NCBI GenBank assembly: GCA_028826165.1
Contig: JAPDFW010000058.1
Span: forward strand, 310,001 to 374,000
Origin: Anaeramoeba ignava BMAN
Taxonomy: Eukaryota; Protista; Anaeramoebae
Reading direction: 5' to 3'
Length of the DNA: 64,000 bases
Every line of letters starts with the position of its first letter. Position 1 is the first letter of the stretch. Position numbers and translations under genes: made by a program. The notes below the pieces were generated by a model. The model saw nothing but the letters and a program-made list of their open reading frames with translations, was not told where the DNA came from and did no database searches. Shown here piece by piece: positions 59,343-64,000 of the stretch.

Positions 59343-61157
59343 ATGCAAATTTTTGTTAAAACTTTAACTGGAAAAACAATTACTATTGAAATTAATTCAA
59401 CAGATACAATAGAACTTTTAAAAGAAAGAATTTATGATAAAGAAGGAATTCCAATTTGTGATCAAAGATTAATTTTTGCAGGAAAACAATTAGATGAAAA
59501 TGAAAAAACTTTAGAACAATGCAATATCAAAAGAGAATCAACACTTCATATTGTTTTAAGATTAGCTCCTCCAAGAAGTTCAACATATATTAAAACATCT
59601 TATGGTCAATCTATTTCTGTTAGCAAAGCATGTCCTCATTGCAATTCAGGTGGAACAATTAATAATTTAAAAGCAAAAATTGAAAAAAAATATTCAATTC
59701 CTTTTGAAAATCAAAAATTATTTTGTAACGGAAATCTTTTGGAAAATAATAAGAAATACATTGATTATGGAATGGGTTGTTCTGCTAAAGTTTATTTAGA
59801 TTATGATTTAAAAGACTTTTCATTTCCAATTTTTGTTAAATCTTCAAATAACAAAATTTTCAAAGTTTTATTATCAAGTTTTGAAAAAGTTGAAAAAGTT
59901 GAAAAAGTTCCAAATATTCAATTTAATAAATTAAAACAAATAATCGAATCAATAACAAAAATTCCTCAACATAAACAGAAACTATTTTTCAAAGAAGTTG
60001 AATTAAAAGATGATAAAACATTTTCAGATTATGATATTTCCAAAGAGTCAATAATAGATTTAAAAAATGAATTTAAAGATAAAGACAGAATATTCCAATT
60101 ATATGATTCCGTTAATTCTTTTCAACAACTATATATTTCACCATTTTGGAAAACCAAACAAATTCGAGAAGAATTTAAAAATAAAAATTTTTCATGTTGG
60201 AATAAACCTTTATTTTTTGGAAATTATCTTCTTGAAGATGAAAAAACAATTCTTGATTATGGAAGTGAAGGTTTTATTGATGAAATTTATTCATATATGA
60301 ATATTTTTATTGAAATATCTCCAAAAAAAAGAATTGATATTGATATTGAATTTAATACAAATTTAACAATTAAAGATATCAAAGAATTATTTCAACAAAA
60401 AATGAAAGAAGAATTAATAAATCAAAGTTTCCTTCTTAGTTTCAATAATCGAATACTTCAAGATAAACAGAAACTTAATGAATGTAGAATTGGAAATCAT
60501 TCAGTTCTTTTTTATCAAATTAAAATCAATATTCAAGCTTTAAATGGGAAAATAAATGAATTATTTATTTCACCTTATTCAACGATTAATGAATTTTTAA
60601 ATGAATTATATTTAAAAGGAATTTCAGAAAAAAACCTTAATTTAAATGGTAAATTAATTACAGATTTCCAAAAAGAACAGAAACTAATTGAATGTGGAAT
60701 TGGAAATTATTCAACTCTTTCCTATTCAATTAAAATCAACATTCAAGCTTTAAATGGGAAAATAAATATATTATTTATTCCACTTTATTCAACAATTAAT
60801 GAATTTTTAAACGAATTATATTTAAAAGGAATTTCAGAAAAAAACCTTCATTTTAATGGTAAATTAATTAAAGATTTCCAAAAAGAACAGAAATTAATTG
60901 AATGTGGAATTGAAAATGATTCAACTCTTTCCTATTTAATTACAATAAAGATATTCCAATTAATTTATGAAATTGATTTTACTATTGAATGTTTTGATAA
61001 TGAAACTATTCAAAATTTAGAACAAAAAATAAAAAAAGAAAAACAAATTGAAGAAGAATTCAAATTAACATTTAATGGAAAAGAACTTGATAAAGAAAAG
61101 AAGATTAATGAATATCAAATCAAGCATTTTTCAATTTTAAGATTAATTTTCCTTTAA
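59343..61157 (+). CDS. Poly-ubiquitin-like-domain protein (~8 UBL domains), copy 1
   Basis: N-terminal [16 protein letters not shown]...[10 protein letters not shown]...[13 protein letters not shown], followed by ~70-80-aa units with LK.KI, QKL.F.G..L.D.K.L..Y.I patterns. Confidence 0.88.
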   Translation: MQIFVKTLTGKTITIEINSTDTIELLKERIYDKEGIPICDQRLIFAGKQLDENEKTLEQCNIKRESTLHIVLRLAPPRSSTYIKTSYGQSISVSKACPHCNSGGTINNLKAKIEKKYSIPFENQKLFCNGNLLENNKKYIDYGMGCSAKVYLDYDLKDFSFPIFVKSSNNKIFKVLLSSFEKVEKVEKVPNIQFNKLKQIIESITKIPQHKQKLFFKEVELKDDKTFSDYDISKESIIDLKNEFKDKDRIFQLYDSVNSFQQLYISPFWKTKQIREEFKNKNFSCWNKPLFFGNYLLEDEKTILDYGSEGFIDEIYSYMNIFIEISPKKRIDIDIEFNTNLTIKDIKELFQQKMKEELINQSFLLSFNNRILQDKQKLNECRIGNHSVLFYQIKINIQALNGKINELFISPYSTINEFLNELYLKGISEKNLNLNGKLITDFQKEQKLIECGIGNYSTLSYSIKINIQALNGKINILFIPLYSTINEFLNELYLKGISEKNLHFNGKLIKDFQKEQKLIECGIENDSTLSYLITIKIFQLIYEIDFTIECFDNETIQNLEQKIKKEKQIEEEFKLTFNGKELDKEKKINEYQIKHFSILRLIFL

Positions 61158-61252
61158 TTCATTTCAATCATTTTTTTTTTCAAAATTCATTTCAAAATTA
61201 AAAAATCCAAAAATCCAAAAATTCATTTTTCATTTTTTTTTATTTTAAGAAA

Positions 61253-62836
61253 ATGCAAATTTTTGTTAAAACTTTAACTGGAAAAACAATTACTATTGAA
61301 ATTAATCCAACAGATACAATAGAATATTTAAAAGAAAGAATTTATGATAAAGAAGTAATTGCAATTTGTGATCAAAGATTAATTTTTGCAGGAAAACACT
61401 TAGAAAATGAAAAAACTTTAAAAGAATATAATATCAAAAGAGAATCAACAATTCATATTGTTTTAAGATTAGCTCCTCCAAATAGTTCAACATATATTAA
61501 AACATCTTATGGTCAATCTATTTCTGTTTATAATTCTTGTCCTCATTGTAATTCAGGTGGAACAATTAATAATTTAAAAGCAAAAATTGAAAAACAATAT
61601 TCAATTCCTTTTGAAAATCAAAAATTATTTTATAATGGAAATCTTTTGGAAAATAATAAGAAATACAGTGATTATGGAATGAGTTGTGCTGCTGAAGTTT
61701 ATTTAGATTATGATTTAAAAGACTTTTCATTTCCAATTTTTATTAAATCTTCAAATAACAAATTTTTCAGAGTTTTATTATCAAGTTTTGAAAATCCGCA
61801 AAATATTCAATTTGATCAATTAAAACAAAAAATCGAATCAATAACAAAAATTCCTCAACATGAACAGAAACTATTTTTCAAAGAAGTTGAATTAAAAGAT
61901 GATAAAACATTTTCAGATTATGGTATCTTTAAAGAATCATTAATATCTTTGAAAAATGAAGCTAAAGAAGAACAAAAATTGAGTCTTCGGTTTTATGATT
62001 CTAATATTACTGCATTCATGGATATTTCACCATTTTGGAAAATCAAACAAATTCGAGAAAAATTAAAAGTTCAAAATTATCCATTTTGGAATAAACCTTT
62101 ATTTTTTGGAAATTATCTTCTTGAAGATGAAAAAACAATTCTTGATTATGGACGCGAGGGTTTTATTGATGAAATTTATTCATATATGAATATTTTTATT
62201 GAAATATCTCCAAAAAAAAGAATTGATATTGATATTGAATTTAATACAAATTTAACAATTAAAGATATCAAAGAATTATTTCAACAAAAAATGAAAGAAG
62301 AATTAATAAATCAAAATTTCTTTATTAGTTTCAATAATCGAATACTTCAAGATAATCAAAAACTTAATGAATGTAGAATTGGAAATCATTCAGTTCTTTT
62401 TTATCAAATTAAAATCAACATTCAAGCTTTAAATGGGAAAATACATGAATTATTTATTTCACCTTATTCAACAATTAATGAATTTTTAAATGAATTATAT
62501 TTAAATGGAATTTCAGAAAAAAATCTTCATTTTAATGATAAATTAATTACAGATTTCCAAAAAGAACAGAAATTAATTGAATGTGGAATTGAAAATGATT
62601 CAACTATTTCCTATTTAATTACAATCAAGATATTCCAATTAATTTATGAAAGTTATTTTACTATTGAATGTTTTGATAATGAAACTATTCAAAATTTAGA
62701 ACAAAAAATCAAAAAAGAAAAACAAATTGAAAAAGAATTCAAATTAACATTCAATGGGAAAGAACTTGATAAAGAAAAGAAGATTAATGAATATCAAATC
62801 AAGCATTTTTCAATTTTAAGATTAATTTTCCTTTGA
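61253..62836 (+). CDS. Poly-UBL protein (~7 UBL domains), copy 2
   Basis: 527 aa, collinear with copy 1 but with one fewer [11 protein letters not shown] module. Confidence 0.88.
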   Translation: MQIFVKTLTGKTITIEINPTDTIEYLKERIYDKEVIAICDQRLIFAGKHLENEKTLKEYNIKRESTIHIVLRLAPPNSSTYIKTSYGQSISVYNSCPHCNSGGTINNLKAKIEKQYSIPFENQKLFYNGNLLENNKKYSDYGMSCAAEVYLDYDLKDFSFPIFIKSSNNKFFRVLLSSFENPQNIQFDQLKQKIESITKIPQHEQKLFFKEVELKDDKTFSDYGIFKESLISLKNEAKEEQKLSLRFYDSNITAFMDISPFWKIKQIREKLKVQNYPFWNKPLFFGNYLLEDEKTILDYGREGFIDEIYSYMNIFIEISPKKRIDIDIEFNTNLTIKDIKELFQQKMKEELINQNFFISFNNRILQDNQKLNECRIGNHSVLFYQIKINIQALNGKIHELFISPYSTINEFLNELYLNGISEKNLHFNDKLITDFQKEQKLIECGIENDSTISYLITIKIFQLIYESYFTIECFDNETIQNLEQKIKKEKQIEKEFKLTFNGKELDKEKKINEYQIKHFSILRLIFL

Positions 62837-62932
62837 TTCATTTCAATCATTTTTTTTTCAAAATTCATTTCAAAATTAAAAAATTCATTTTTCATTTTTC
62901 ATTTTTCATTTTTTTTATTTTTAAAAAAGAAA

Positions 62933-64000
62933 ATGCAAATTTTTGTTAAAACTTTAACTGGAAAAACAATTACTATTGAAATTAATCCAACAGATACAAT
63001 AGAATATTTAAAAGAAAGAATTTATGATAAAGAAGGAATTCCAATTTGTGAGCAAAGATTAATTTTTGCAGGAAAAAACTTAAATGAAAATGAAAAAACT
63101 GTAAACGATTATAATATTGAAAAACAATCAACAATTCAGCTTGAAGTGAGTTTAGTAGGTCTAAGAAGAAGTTCAACATATATTAAAACATCTTATGGTC
63201 AATCTATTTCTGTTAGTAACGCATGTCCTCATTGTAATTCAGGTGGAACAATTAATAATTTAAAAGCAAAAATCGAAAAACAATATTCAATTCCTTTTGA
63301 AAATCAAAAATTATTTTATAATGGAAATCTTTTGGAAAATAATAAGAAATACATTGATTATGGAATGGGTTGTTCTGCTGAAGTTTATTTAGATTATGAT
63401 TTAAAAGACTTTTCATTTCCAATTTTTGTTAAATCTTCAAATAACAAAATTTTCAAAGTTTTATTATCAAGTTTTGAAAAAGTTGAAAAAGTTGAAAAAG
63501 TTCCAAATATTCAATTTAATAAATTAAAACAAATAATTGAATCAATAACAAAAATTCCTCAAAATGAACAAAAACTATTTTTCAAAGAAGTTGAATTGAA
63601 AGATGATAAATCACTTTCAGATTATGATATTTCCAAAGATTCAATAATAGATTTAAAAAATGAATTTAAAGATAAAGAAAGAATATTTCTATTATATGAT
63701 TCCGTTAATTATTTTCAACAACTATATATTTCACCATTTTGGAAAACCAAACAAATTCGAGAAAAATTTAAAAATAAAAATTTTTCATGTTGGAATAAAC
63801 CTTTATTTTTTGGAAATTATCTTCTTGAAGATGAAAAAACAATTCTTGATTATGGAAGTGAAGGTTTTATTGATGAAATTTATTCATATATGAATATTTT
63901 TATTGAAATATCTCCAAAAAAAAGAATTGATATTGAATTTGAATTTAATACAAATTTAACAATTAAAGATATCAAAGAATTATTTCAACAAAAAATGAAA
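62933..64000 (+). CDS. Poly-UBL protein, copy 3 (runs off the window end)
   Basis: ATG at 62933 translates [88 protein letters not shown] is collinear with copy 1. Confidence 0.85.
   Translation, partial: MQIFVKTLTGKTITIEINPTDTIEYLKERIYDKEGIPICEQRLIFAGKNLNENEKTVNDYNIEKQSTIQLEVSLVGLRRSSTYIKTSYGQSISVSNACPHCNSGGTINNLKAKIEKQYSIPFENQKLFYNGNLLENNKKYIDYGMGCSAEVYLDYDLKDFSFPIFVKSSNNKIFKVLLSSFEKVEKVEKVPNIQFNKLKQIIESITKIPQNEQKLFFKEVELKDDKSLSDYDISKDSIIDLKNEFKDKERIFLLYDSVNYFQQLYISPFWKTKQIREKFKNKNFSCWNKPLFFGNYLLEDEKTILDYGSEGFIDEIYSYMNIFIEISPKKRIDIEFEFNTNLTIKDIKELFQQKMK

Noticed and set aside
1-64000. tRNA, rRNA or other structured RNA genes
   Set aside because: Non-coding DNA is almost devoid of G/C and no recognisable motifs were seen; a tRNAscan/Infernal run would be needed to exclude small RNAs formally.

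Overview
Very AT-rich, gene-dense eukaryotic (protist) DNA with the standard genetic code and GT-AG spliceosomal introns; nothing here looks prokaryotic or viral. The RCC1-BTB/ankyrin-BTB expansion, EN/QN microsatellite tracts and TCATTTT upstream motifs suggest an Anaeramoeba-like metamonad, but this is inference only. In order, the window holds: the 3' end of an APC11-like RING-H2 gene; seven tandem RCC1-propeller + tandem-BTB genes (three frameshifted); an ankyrin + tandem-BTB gene; guanylate kinase split by a 2.75-kb satellite intron; a lipid-anchored LRR-PP2C; a Sin3-like PAH protein; a MARK/AMPK-related kinase; a 7-exon TOR; an intron-containing RCC1-BTB gene; a large TPR protein; a ~145-bp-period satellite; Ras; a large multi-exon unknown gene; and three tandem poly-ubiquitin-like genes. 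Most notable: (1) the RCC1-BTB array behaves like a variable-receptor repertoire, with hypervariable residues at equivalent blade positions, patchwork exchange between copies, and a near-constant BTB tail that is also fused to ankyrin repeats; (2) TOR has several known rapamycin-resistance-type FRB substitutions and a ~620-aa microsatellite-derived insertion; (3) the UBL chains begin with a ubiquitin-like domain lacking the GG motif; (4) several introns are inflated by private satellites and have A-rich acceptors.
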